Below, piece by piece: positions 1 to 12,600 of a DNA stretch of 64,000 nucleotides. The stretch covers positions 39,791,190 through 39,855,189 of the forward strand of contig NC_085846.1 of the NCBI RefSeq assembly GCF_035594765.1, read 5' to 3'. The translations under genes were made by a program, and so were the position numbers. Under the pieces are notes generated by a model. It searched no databases. It worked only from the letters and a program-made list of their open reading frames with translations, and was not told the DNA's origin. The DNA is from Anolis carolinensis (taxonomy: Eukaryota). Every line of letters starts with the position of its first letter. Position 1 is the first letter of the stretch.

Positions 1-608
1 AGTGCCACACTTGCAGGTTCTGTGACACTGGCAAGTCACACAGCAGAAATTGGTATGGGTTTCCATGCATACACATACACTCATTCTCTTGGAGGTAATG
101 GACTCATACATAATGAATTGCATATCAGCAAATAGCATAGCTTTAATTCTTCTTGACCTTCTCATCTTTCTGTGCAAAAAGCAAACAATGGGCAATCGGA
201 ATCATGCAAATGCTAAGCAACGGAGTAGAGAAAACATACACTTCAAAGTGATATGAGATTGCTCAGATTTCAAGAGAAGGGGAGTTAAGCTACAACACTT
301 CTTTATCACTTGAGGTAGAAGAAACAGAGATCCTTCAAAACCCTTCACTTGGCTTCTTCACACCCTCTGAGATGGGGTCAAAATTCAACCATTTCCATTT
401 TTTTCACTTTGGTATTTGCACAGATTTTGCTACCATATATTTGTCATCACTATCAGCTATCAAAACGTCGCCCTCCCATTTCCCAAAATTGCAGGATCAA
501 CACTTTTCTCAATGCTTCTTCTCCCACAGATTTTAGCAACCACTTGTGATTTCCCAATCAATTTATTTATTTATTTATTTATTTATTGGTTTGGTTAGGA
601 AATCAGAT

Positions 609-3600
609 TCACATAGTCTTTGCCTCCTCAAAGACGGCTGCTGCAGAGACTCCGGTCGGGACGTAAACAACGGCTTCCACCTCTCCTCCGCCTTTGCTGG
701 GCTTCTGGAAGTGAATCTCCAGGGTTTCACGCATCAACTCCTCATCCAAGACATCTGGAATTCCTGACAGCAGGACGGTCTGGTCACAGACAGAAGGGCG
801 GAACTGGGATGCGGAGGAAAAAAAGTGCATGCTTTAGTGCATAATAATACTAATACTAATAATAATAACTTTATTTGTATAACCCGCCTCCATTTCCCCG
901 AAGGGACTCGAAGCGGCTTACATGGGGCCAGGTCCAGGTGGTTACAGACAATGTAAAAGACACAACAATATATAAACAAATCAATAAAACATTAGAATCA
1001 CATTTACAGTAAAACATAGTTAAATAAAAACCTGGGTAGGGGCCTAAAAATGAACCGGGCCAGAGAAAGTGCATATAGTGAAGAATGTAAACTGGGGGAG
1101 AGCTACATACCTGGAACTATTATCCTGATAAGGGGCTAGGGCAGGCATAAACATAAGAACTATTTCCAACTGAAGGAATGGAATAAAATGCAGTAGAGAT
1201 ATTAAAACAACAGGACGAACCCTAACCATAAGGGCGTGCATACCCAAACTAAACCCCATTTGGCTCCCTGCAGAATTCAAACCCTAGAAGCAATTGCTCA
1301 GATAGTAAAAAAAAATCCACAAAGGCCATTTTCTGCTAGTTGCCACATGCTTTGTTTTCCTAAAAAGGTGGGGTCTAAAGCAGGGAGTTTCAGAAAAACA
1401 TCTACTTCTGCTTTATTGACTATTCTAAAGCCTTTGACTGTGTGGATCATAATAAACTATGGCATGTTCTTGGTGGTATGGGGATACCAAGTCACCTTGT
1501 CTGTCTCCTGAGAAATCTGTATAAAGACCAAGTAGCCACAGTAAGAACAGATCACGGAACAGACTGGTTGAAGATTGGGAAAGGAGTGCGGCAGGGCTGC
1601 ATACTTTCACCTTCCCTATTCAACTTGTACGCAGAACACATCATGTGACATGCGGGGCTTGAGGAATCCAAGGCCGGAGTTAAAATTCCTGGAAGAAACA
1701 TTAACAACTTTAGGTATGCAGATGATACCACTCTGATGGCCGAAAGTGAGGAGGAGCTGAGGAGTCTTATCACCAAGGTGAAAGAAGAAAGTGCAAAAGC
1801 TGGATTGCAGTTAAACGTCAAGAAAACCAAGATCATGGCAACTACACCTATTGCTAACTGGCAAATAGAGGGAGAAAACGTGGAGGCAGTGACAGACTTT
1901 ATATTTCTAGGTACGAAGATCACTGCAGATGCAGACTGCAGCCAGGAAATCAGAAGACGTTTACTTCTTGGGAGGAGAGCAATGGCCAACCTTGACAAAA
2001 TAGTGAAGAGCAGAGACATCACACTGTCAATGAAGGCCCACATAGTTAAAGCAATGGTATTCCCCATAGTAACCTATGGATGCGAGAGCTGGACCATAAG
2101 AAAGCTGAGCGAAGGAAGATAGACGCTTTTGAACTCTGGTGCTGGAGGAAAATCCTGAGAGTGCCTTGGACCACAAGAAGATCCAACTAGTCCATCCTCC
2201 AGGAAATAATGCCCGGCTGCTCACTGGAGGGAAGGATATTAGAGGCAAAGCTGAAGTATTTTGCCCACATCATGAGGAGACAGAAAAGCTCGGAAAAGAT
2301 CACGATGCTGGGGAAAATGGAAGGAAAAAGTAAGAGAGGCCGACTAAGGGCAAGATGGTTGGACGGTATCCTTGCAGTGACCTTGAAGGACCTGGGGGCG
2401 GTGACGGCCAACACGGAGCTCTGGCGTGGACTGGTCCATGAGGTTACGAAGAGTCGGAGACGACTCAATGACTGAGCAGAGCAGCAAAGCAGAGACACCC
2501 TTTCTGACCACAAGGGGCTACCAATGAAAAGCACACGCAATAAAATGTTAGCCTCATTTCCCATAAATATGAAAATGGGCATTATTTACATCTCCCTTAT
2601 AAAAGAGTAAAATCTTGAAGGCCTTCTCTATATAGATCGTCTTACTGCCCAAGCGCCAGCCCTTATAAAGGAATTAATGCCCTGCTCTCCAATGGATGAC
2701 TGGTGTCAACACAGTGAATCCTTTTCTCTGTCTTAAGACAGAACTTGGTGATGCTGAGCTCACTCTTGACTTAGATTAGAAGCTGACAAACGTTTCTGCT
2801 TGGTGAGAGGGATGGAACAGGTGCATGTCTCTGTGTCTTTCTCCTCACCTGGAAATCTGTGATTTCTCCGCTTACATAGTGTGAAACCTTGATCTCATGC
2901 TTCTCCTTTCCAATGGGTATCTGGAAACGACCTCTCTGGACAAGCCTTTCAACCACTGGAAAAGAATTACAGGTTGGGGAAAAGACAGTTTAAAATCTTT
3001 GAGACATATCTCTCTGCCAAAGCTTGGCAAGTTTCATTTTCTAAGGACTTCTGTCTTCAGATTGTAAAAGTTGTCCAAACATTTTATCTTTTTCATCCCC
3101 TTCTCTCAGATCTTTGTGGCTTTTTTTAGAACTCCAAAGTTCTTGGGACCAAATAGCATGAAATGTAAGTAAAGCCACCTGGAAAGGGACTACCTTGTTA
3201 CTTTATTTTATTTTCTCACAAAGTTCTCCCCAGTGACTCAAGGAAGATAGTATTTTAACACCAGGCGGAATGACACTTCAGAGAAAAATAATGCAACAGA
3301 TCTTATGAAACTAGAAATCAGTCTTCTCTGACCTGCCCCCAGCTGTGTTGGATTACAGTCCAATAGCTGAGCACATTATGGGATTGTTGAAGTTGTAGTT
3401 CAACACAACTGGAGGGCACCCAATTGGGGAAGTTTGCAAAGAATAACTTGCAAATTTTGCAACTTAAAATAAACCTACATTCTTGGGAAATAGAGAAAGG
3501 CTTTTCTTATGGCGGAAGTTCATAAATGAGTTGAATGGGAGAAACATATTAGAGAGAAGTAGGATCCCCTACCATATACAGGAAGATACAATTTGGAGAT

Positions 3601-6600
3601 GAACCAAGAGAGTTTTTTCACATTACACATCATTAGTCTATATTTTAATGATGGATAATACATTGGTTGAGGTGTAAATATTTGTGAAGAGGTGTAGTGC
3701 ACTGATAAATATGCAAAAGACAATTCTGTTAAAGGCACAAAAAATACAACCTATCAGTGACTTATAGAGTGGCTAAGTTTTGTGCAGCAGCTATAAAAAT
3801 AAAGAAACAGTGGATAAAAGTTTCTCATTTTATTACCTAGGGACTTTCTGCTTTTAATGTTGTGAATTTTTGGTTTTAATGTTGATACTTTTCAAATTTA
3901 ATTTTATTATGTCTTTTATATACCTAGTGAGAAGATAAAAAGAATAGGAGTGGGCCTCAGGAACTTTAATAACTTTAATGTTGACATTTTTGAAAACTAT
4001 TTTTTATTGTTCTACATTTTTGAAGTTTTATACTCTTGGTCTGTGACCATAACATTAGAAGTCATTCATCCAATTTAAGCATCAATGATGTGGTAGAACT
4101 AGGGTTTTTAGGGGTAGGCACTGTGGCTCTTTGAGTAGCAGGAGAAATGTCATCATTTGCCCGCAAAGTCACTCATTGCAAGTGATATGTGTTATGCTGA
4201 ATATTTGGAAGAATAACCTGGTCTTGAATGATGTTAGGGCTCAGCAAGGGGCAGGAGATTTCTTAGAGGACAAGGAGAACTGATGGGTTGCAAACTGAGG
4301 AGTCAGCGTGTAATCAGGGAGAATTGCATGCCTGAGATCAGAGGGAATTGCAGGCAGTTGAAGATGACACAGAAGATGTTTTGGATTCCAATGTTCATTC
4401 CTTAGCAACAGGGGAAAGGGAAACCAGTAAAAGGTCCATTTCTCTTGGGAATAGGCCAACAGGAAGTTTTCCTTTGAGAAGTCCTTGAAATGCAGGTGTG
4501 TGAGGCATGATTTGATGACCACCTGGTCGGGCTTGAGTTTAAATTAAGTGCTATTTCTTCGGTGTCTTTCAGCGGAGACAATGTTGCCAAAAGGTTAATG
4601 TTCTTATCTAGCTTTCAAGTTCATGATTCAAGTTTCCAAGCGTTTGCCTTGGAAAAAGTTCCTGTTTCATGCTCATGGATTTATGTCTGTGATTTTGACT
4701 CTCTTGATTTCATGTACTTTGACATTTTTGGACTATTGATCTTTTATATATAGACTGCTGCTTTTTACAGTTCCTTTTCTACTGCTCATTTTTCCCTTTG
4801 TACATGCTTTTCTTAATAAACTGATGTAGTTAGTACTACTGGACTCTGGTGCGGTGCTGGGTGAAAAGGTGTCTCAAGGCTAGAGTGTAACAACTGGACA
4901 ATTAAGATTCATTAGCATTTGAAAAGATCTTTTTTTTGGTGTAAATGAGAAAGATGAATGAGTTTGTTGATAGAGAAGGCCCCTTCTACACTGTCATATA
5001 ATCCAGAATATCAAAGCAGATAATCCACATTAACTGCTTTGAACTGAGTCTATACTCCCATATAATCTAGTACAATGGAGATAATTTGGATTTTATATGA
5101 CAGTGTAGGAGGGGCCCAAGACAAATGTCAGCATTTCTGGACCCTTTTTGGAATATGAAACCAGGGGCTGTCATGATTCATTCACCATGTCTAGATTTAG
5201 TACAACACTACCGCTCTATGCTCAGAAAAATTAGAAGAGGATGTCTAACATCATTCATAACTTTGTGTCAAGTCCAGCAAGGCTTTGGTCAGTATAACGG
5301 GAAACTGACCAAGATTAGAGACACACAAGCATATATCACTAACCAGATGCCAGAGTACACAAGCATATGTCACTAACCAGAGTACCACACAAGTAGTATC
5401 AGGGAGAAGAAATGTTCCCACTTTACCCACCCAGTGTTAAGCATTGATTCACCAGCCTCCTCTATTCCCCCTGCTTACCTTTTATGGCTACTTGGGGCCG
5501 GGCTGTGGCACATGCTGGTTAGCAGCCAGCTGCAATAAATCACTCTGACCAAGAGGTCATGAGTTCGAGGCCGGCCTGTGTCAGGGTGAGCACCCGACAA
5601 TTAAAAATAAAAACATATAGCCCCTGCTCGTTGCTGACCTATGCAACCTGAAAGATAGTTGCATCTATGAAGTAGGAAATTTAGATACCACTTATATGTG
5701 GGTAGGCTAATTTACGACACCATAAAAATAATCCAGCCGCGGTTGGAATGAGGAAGTGCCGTTGCAGTGGATGATGAAGCAGCTGCTCCCCCTGTGACCA
5801 GAATCAAGCATATCCTCAGGAAGCTGGAAGCTGGAGAAGGTTTAAATTGCCTCTGCGTCTGTTTCTGTTCTATGTTATATGACATTGAATGTTTGCCTTA
5901 TATGTGTACAATGGGATCCGCCCTGAGTCCCCTTTGGGGTGAGAAAGGCGGAATATAAATACTGTAAATAAATAAATAAATCTCTTACAATCATCTAGCA
6001 CACTTCACAATTCCAGAAACTGGTATCCCAAGTCATAACTTTTCCAACCTCGGGTGCTAGCATCAAACCTACCTCCATCCTCTACAAAAGTAAGTGCCAC
6101 ATGGCCAGAACCACTCAGTCTTTCCACACGCTCCACTTCACCCCCCTGGTTCTGCCGTTTGCTGAAAAATAGTTCTAGCTTGTCAAGCAGCTTGTCCTCT
6201 GGGACTGAAAGCATAGGCAATCCAGACAACAGGACCTGCCGGGAACTTCGTGCCACAGAGATCTGCAGTGCGGAGAAGGAATAAAAAGGAATGAGAGTTG
6301 GAAATAAATAACCTAATGCCAACTTGAAATGATACAAAGAATGAATGCCCACCATCATGGAGCAGAGCATGATGATATATGCTGCCTAGTGCTTTTGGAC
6401 AGGAGGAGTCTATCACTGGACATTAGGGACCCAAACCTGGAATGACTGCAGCTGGACATGCAGGAAATGTAGAGAAGAAGTGGGTGCAATCTCCCAGTGC
6501 TCTGACCCTAACAGCCCTATAGTCATGTGTACAGAAAATGTACAGGATGTGCTAATATGCAGAGATTCAGTCTCATGGAATTCAACTCCCTACTGGCCCT

Positions 6601-9600
6601 CTATTACCTAGAGATTCCTAAAGCGGTTTCTCTCTAGCTCCTCCAAGCTGACTCTAAGGTCATGTTGCAATAGAGTTTTCCTAGAAGACCTAGAGATTCT
6701 TAGAAAATATATATATAATCCATAAACAATCAAACACACAAAAGTTAAACCTACAAATATATTTATATCAAAAGTGGATGAAGTCTGGCTTTGGGAGTCA
6801 CATGTAGCCCTGAAGGGCATTATGTGACTTTAACCATTTCAGATCTTTTTTTGATGTAACCGGGGTTGGGGGGGGGGGGGGAGAGAGAACGGGCGGGCAC
6901 TATGCATAGGATCAGGCTCCAAGAAATCCTATGCAGTTGCACTTAAAAGCTCACTGACTTTTCCTAATCTTAATATGAATTTTTGAACACTTTTGGAACA
7001 AAAAAATGCCCTTTGATCACAGTGCTATTTCCCATTCCTGATTCATATGCAATCACATCTGCAAAATATGCAGTCTCCCAGGTAGGACTAAAGCACAGTC
7101 TGTCAGCTCATTTTATCTGAAAACGTTCCTTTTTTCCAGGGATTACAACTCAGGCTGGATCGTCATTGCTCTATATCCCAGGATCTGATCGCAGATTATC
7201 TGTTTATCCTAGATTATCTGGCAGTGTAGACTCATATAATTCAGTTTAAAGCAGATAACCCAGAATCAGATCTTAGGATATAGGGCAGTGTAGTTCCAGC
7301 TTCAGTCAGCATGGCCAGTGTCTTAAGGAATTATGGAAGATGTAATCCAAAAAAGCCTTCTTTCAAATATCTGCATTTTGTATGGATAATAGGGACTTTA
7401 TATTCAAACTGAGCTGTGCTGTTTTAGAAGTGGGACTTCAAGGCAGCATATGCTACCCAAAAGAGGCTATCCAATCTGAAAGATTGATTTCTAAATGAGA
7501 GCCAATGCACTTGGAGAATTTGCGTTTTCTTCCATACCATGTACCATGCTGCCCACTACCATCCCACATAAAAACAGGGACATTCCTCAAGATCAGGTGA
7601 AAGGTTTTAAACTCACTTCCACAGATGCGAGCAAGAGCAAAGTCATGGGCTCAGCTTTCACATTCACATAAGTACATTCGTCCAGCTGAACCCGATGCTG
7701 CCCCATTTCAATAATCCTATTGGCAACTGAAGAAGAGAAAAAAGAAAAGAGATCACTTCAGGGGTGAAATCCTATTTCATTCTCAACTCTCTTGTCAGTT
7801 TGGCAACTGATTATCAATTGTTGTTCTCCTTTAAGATGGAAAGGAGAAAGATTTCTCCATATGCTTCACTGCTTGAAGAGCTGAAGGGGCTGTGGACTTC
7901 CGGAAAAGGTTAAAGAAATCTTGGACACAACCGGAATCATAAATCAAAAGGAGAATTCCAACTTTACCACATTTGCATTCTTTTGCTGTCATCGAGTAGT
8001 AGCCATTTAGGGCCCTTCCACATAGTCATATAACCCACAATATCAAGGCAGAAAATCCCACATCTTTGTTGAACTGGACTATACAGCAGTGAGGATTCAG
8101 ATAACCCAGTTCAAAGCAGATATTGTGGGATTTTCTGCCTTGATATTCTGAGTTTTATGGCAGTGCGGAAGGACCCTTAGTGGAAACTAACTGGGTTAGA
8201 GCTGAGAGATCATAGCTCAGAAATTTAACTTGTTTTCCCCAAATCTGCCAACAATCCCTACTTTTATAAAATACACGGGACTTTCACGGTTTGTTTCTTT
8301 TGCTCTGCTTCTGATGCTTCGTTATGGATGGCCACCACGATAGAGCCTATAAAGATTTCAGCCACAAATGGTTGTGTTTACCTTCAGGATCCTCAAAAGT
8401 AATGAGAGCTGATCCTCCAGGAATAGGACATCGGACCTGGGGCTGGGTTACCACAGGATCAGGCAGTGTTTGTTCCTTCTCCGCTTCTTCCGCATGGCCT
8501 TTAAACACAACACTCCTCTCAGGAAGGCTGATGTCCACCTAGACATGGAGGAGCCATAAAGTTCGGGTTTTTGTTATAACCGAATATGAACTTTTTCCTT
8601 CAAGAGTTGTTTATAGATTGAGTCCAGACTTATTTGCTTCTCATTAAATTACCTCACAATGTATAAGATGAAAAAGTAACTTATTTATCTCAAAGCTTCC
8701 AGAAAACACAAGCCAGCAAGACCATGGTAGCAGGTGAGTTCTGGGAGCTCTACAACAACAACAAAAAGTAATTTCCAAACTTTGCCCAAACTCCAGAGCA
8801 TAACATGAGTCAGTGCTCAGACTTCAGAACTACTTGTCAAGGTCAAGCGGAGAACAGTCTTATGATAACACAAAATACTACTATGCATCTGCAACAAGGC
8901 TGGAGAATCACTTGGTTATATATGCATTTTATTCTGTTTACTGTTTGTTTTTCAGGCTTGGTCCCATGTTAGCTGCCCTGAGTCCCTTCGCGGAGATGGA
9001 AGCGGGATATTGTTGTGGTTGTTGTTCTCAGAGTTTGATAAAGAACCTTCCATCATACATCAGAATTGACTAGATTGGTTGGAAATTGATGGGAATTTGG
9101 AGTTTAGCAACATCTAGGGGTAGAGCTTGGAACAGCTACTGTTTGAGACTCAATTCCCAAAATCTGTCAGACAACACATTCAATGGGATTTATTCCCAAA
9201 ATTCTAGAAAATCCAGTGGGATTTATTCCAAAGCTTTTGCAAGTTTTGAAAAATAGTCCCGATATATAATGTGTTTTGCTTCCAAGTGAAGAACAAATTG
9301 TTATCTCCACTGTGTGTTTTAGGACACTGAATGTGAAGGGCAGACAGGTTGAAACTTCACTGCCTCTCAAATGAGAAATGTAGCAAAAACAGATTCACTC
9401 CCACCAAAAAAAAATTCAAAAAGAATCCATTTTGAGATTTTTAGTGGCTCCCGAACAAACTAAGCAAGCACTTATCGTCTATGCTTACATCAACATGTCT
9501 TTACTAAGGCTATATGAAAAAAATCCAGAAATGAGGAATCGCCTTCACCTACACCAAACTCCCTATCCTCTAAATGTAGTATCAGAGGTCTTTCTTCAGT

Positions 9601-12600
9601 TTCCACCTGTAAGAAAAATGTGTTTAATGGGAAAGAATGGAAATTATTATTATTTGTTGTAGTAGTATTTATATCCTGCCTTTTCTCTGCCAAAGGAGAC
9701 AAAAATCAAGCAATACGTAAACAAAACCCAAAGCATACAAACATTAAAATAGAATTAAAGACAGGATTTAGTAAAATCCATATTCCCCAAATGGCGCAGT
9801 GGGTTAAACCACTGAGCTGCTGAACTTGCTGACTGAAAGGTCGGTGGTTCGAATCTGGGGAGGAGGGTGAGCTCCCGCTATTAGTCCCACTTTCTGCCAA
9901 CCTAGCAGTTCGAAAACATACACACGTGAGTAGATTAATAGGTACCGCTCCGGTGGGAAGGAAATGGCATTCCATGCAGTCATGCCGGCCACATGATCTT
10001 GGAGGCGTCTACGGACAATGCCGGCTCTCCGAGAGAGGGCCTTGACAGCGGTGGTCCCCATTCTGGAACTCTCTCCTCAGGGAGATTAGACTGACACCCA
10101 CCCTGTCTACTTTCCATAAAAATCTAAAAATGTGGGTGTTCCACTGTGCTTTGATTAGGAAGGTCCCCAGATAGTTTTGCATTTTGTTGTAAACTACACT
10201 GGCAAGCTGATCCTAAAAGGAAGCTTATCAATCTTTTAAACAAGTATTTAAATAAACTCCCTAATACCTTGTGCAGACTTTCTTTGGCGATTGAAAGCTT
10301 CTCTATCTGCTCCAGTTCTTTTTCCAGTGCCTCCTTTTCCTGTAGCAACTGGTTTCTTTCCTTGGTCTGCCTCTCTATCTCTTTCTGCAGAGAAAAAAAA
10401 GTGCATTATTAACAGGGAATAAGAAGGAACATATTGTCGTGGGCAACCTGTAAGACATCTTCTTCAAGATCCCAAACTTGTGCACTTCTTTGCCATCGTA
10501 GCTTGTTTAAAAATCTGTGGCGTATGCCCCATAGACAACATACAATTCTCCGAAGCATCACATCATGTTTTGGGATGTGAGAGCAAGCAGTCCTTTCAGC
10601 AGTCTAGGGGGCAGAAATTCCCATTTAAATGCTATTCTCCCTCCCATCCTTTTCAGACTACATGATAGCAATCCACCAGTTTCATAATGGTCAAGGCTTC
10701 CTTAACAATCCAGTTTGTTTTGCTTGGGTTTTGGATGACAAAAAGAATGAAAAAGAAAATGGTCTGCCTTATAGTTCACATCTAGACAAAAAACTCAACC
10801 TGACCCTCAGCATTTTCTGTCATGCAACCCAAATATTGCATTGTTTTTTTTTTGTTCCTGTGTGCTTTCAAGGTGTTTCTAACTTATGTCTAAGGAAAAT
10901 CTATTCTGGGGTTGCCTTAATAAAACTTTAAAACAATAGTCAGGGTTTCAACAGCTTATGTAACTCTCCTTGACTTGCCTCAGAATGGTATGCTTATTTA
11001 CACTGCCCAATTATAACAATTTGATACCACTTTAAATGCTATGACTATATCCAAAAGAGCAAGCCTGTACCAGAGCCCTGTGGGTTTTACAGTAGTTTTT
11101 CAATCTCTTTTGGGAGTGTCAAAGGGCAGTAAAGACTCTCTCAGCAGCTCTTAACGGATATGGTATCCCTCCCAATAACATTTGGGGGGGTTCCATAGGG
11201 AGCTTTCTCCAACAATAAGCATCTCAAGATCTTTAGAGAACTTTTCAAAACTTTGAATCTCTTTGGTAAAAAAAAATCAAAGGAGAAAACTGGAACTTTG
11301 GAGTGGTGGCTGGCAAAAGGAATCCTCAACGATCTGCATGCAATACAGTGGCTGGCTACACCAGTTACTAGCATTGCTCGTTCTTAAGAAACTCTGGGAT
11401 TTTTAGTTTGGCGGGTTCCTTTGAAATCATGCCTCAAGAGCTCTAGTGCTACAATGGCATACAACTGCTGTAACTGTGCAGCACAGACATACTCTTAAAA
11501 GAAGCAAAATAAGTGATACAAAGATAAAGACACAGAGGTGAGTTGATTGGCATGGCTTCAAGTATGAAGGTCTTGGAACTGAACTTTCCAAGGAGCAGAA
11601 TTAGTTTTGCCATAATGAAAAAGACTGGTTGGGTTCAATGTGAAAGAAACACCTGAAATGCTAATTTCTGGGCCTTGGCTTGATCCTCATATTCAAGGAG
11701 TTTAGTATGCAGACTCTCAGCTGCCTCTTGGTATCGGGATGCCTCCTGCTCACACTGCTCTCTGCTGCTCTCCAGTGACAAATGGTCAATCTCTAAAGCC
11801 TTCAATATATCCTGGAAATGAGGAGACAACCACAAGAGCATCAGATATCTTCACCCATTGCTACAGGGATATTTACACATAATGTAACAGCAGAAATAAA
11901 AAAAAAATGATCCCAGAAAGGTAGTGATATTTATTATTTATTGTCAGAAACAAATTGAGAATACTGTCATAATGTATATAAAAAAATACAAATGAAGTTA
12001 AAAACTTGGCATTATACTAAATGTCCTTTGACCAGAAGCTGGCCACTTGGAGTGCCTCTGGTGTCGATGTGAGAAGGTCCTCCATTGTGCATGTGGTAGG
12101 GCTCAGACTGCATTGTAGTAAGTGGTCTGTGGTTTGCTCTTCTTCATTCTCACATGATGTGGCTCCTCTTTGTAGCCCCATTTCTTAAGATTGGCTCTGC
12201 ATCTCGTGGTGGTCTGCTCGGCGCCTTCCAAGTTGCCCAGTTTTCTGTGTGCCCAGGTGTGAGTTTCTAATCCAGTCTCAGCCAACGATTGAAGTTCCAA
12301 GTTTTAGCCTGCCACTTTTGGACTCTCGCTTGCTGTGGTGTTCCTGCGAGCATCTCTGTAGATCGTAGAGAGCTATTTCTTGATTTATTTAAAATTCCAC
12401 TCCAAGTGAGTGTAGAATTGATGTTAATGGGAGTATTAGGGAATAACAAGATTTATATAAAAGAATTGTTCAAAATGATGATTCAAGCAGGACAAGCTGT
12501 GATAGCCTGAGGATGGGAACATTTTAAAAAACTGACTATAGAAAATTGGAATAATTATATTTATGATCAGGTCCAGTCCAAAATCATAGCATATGTAATT

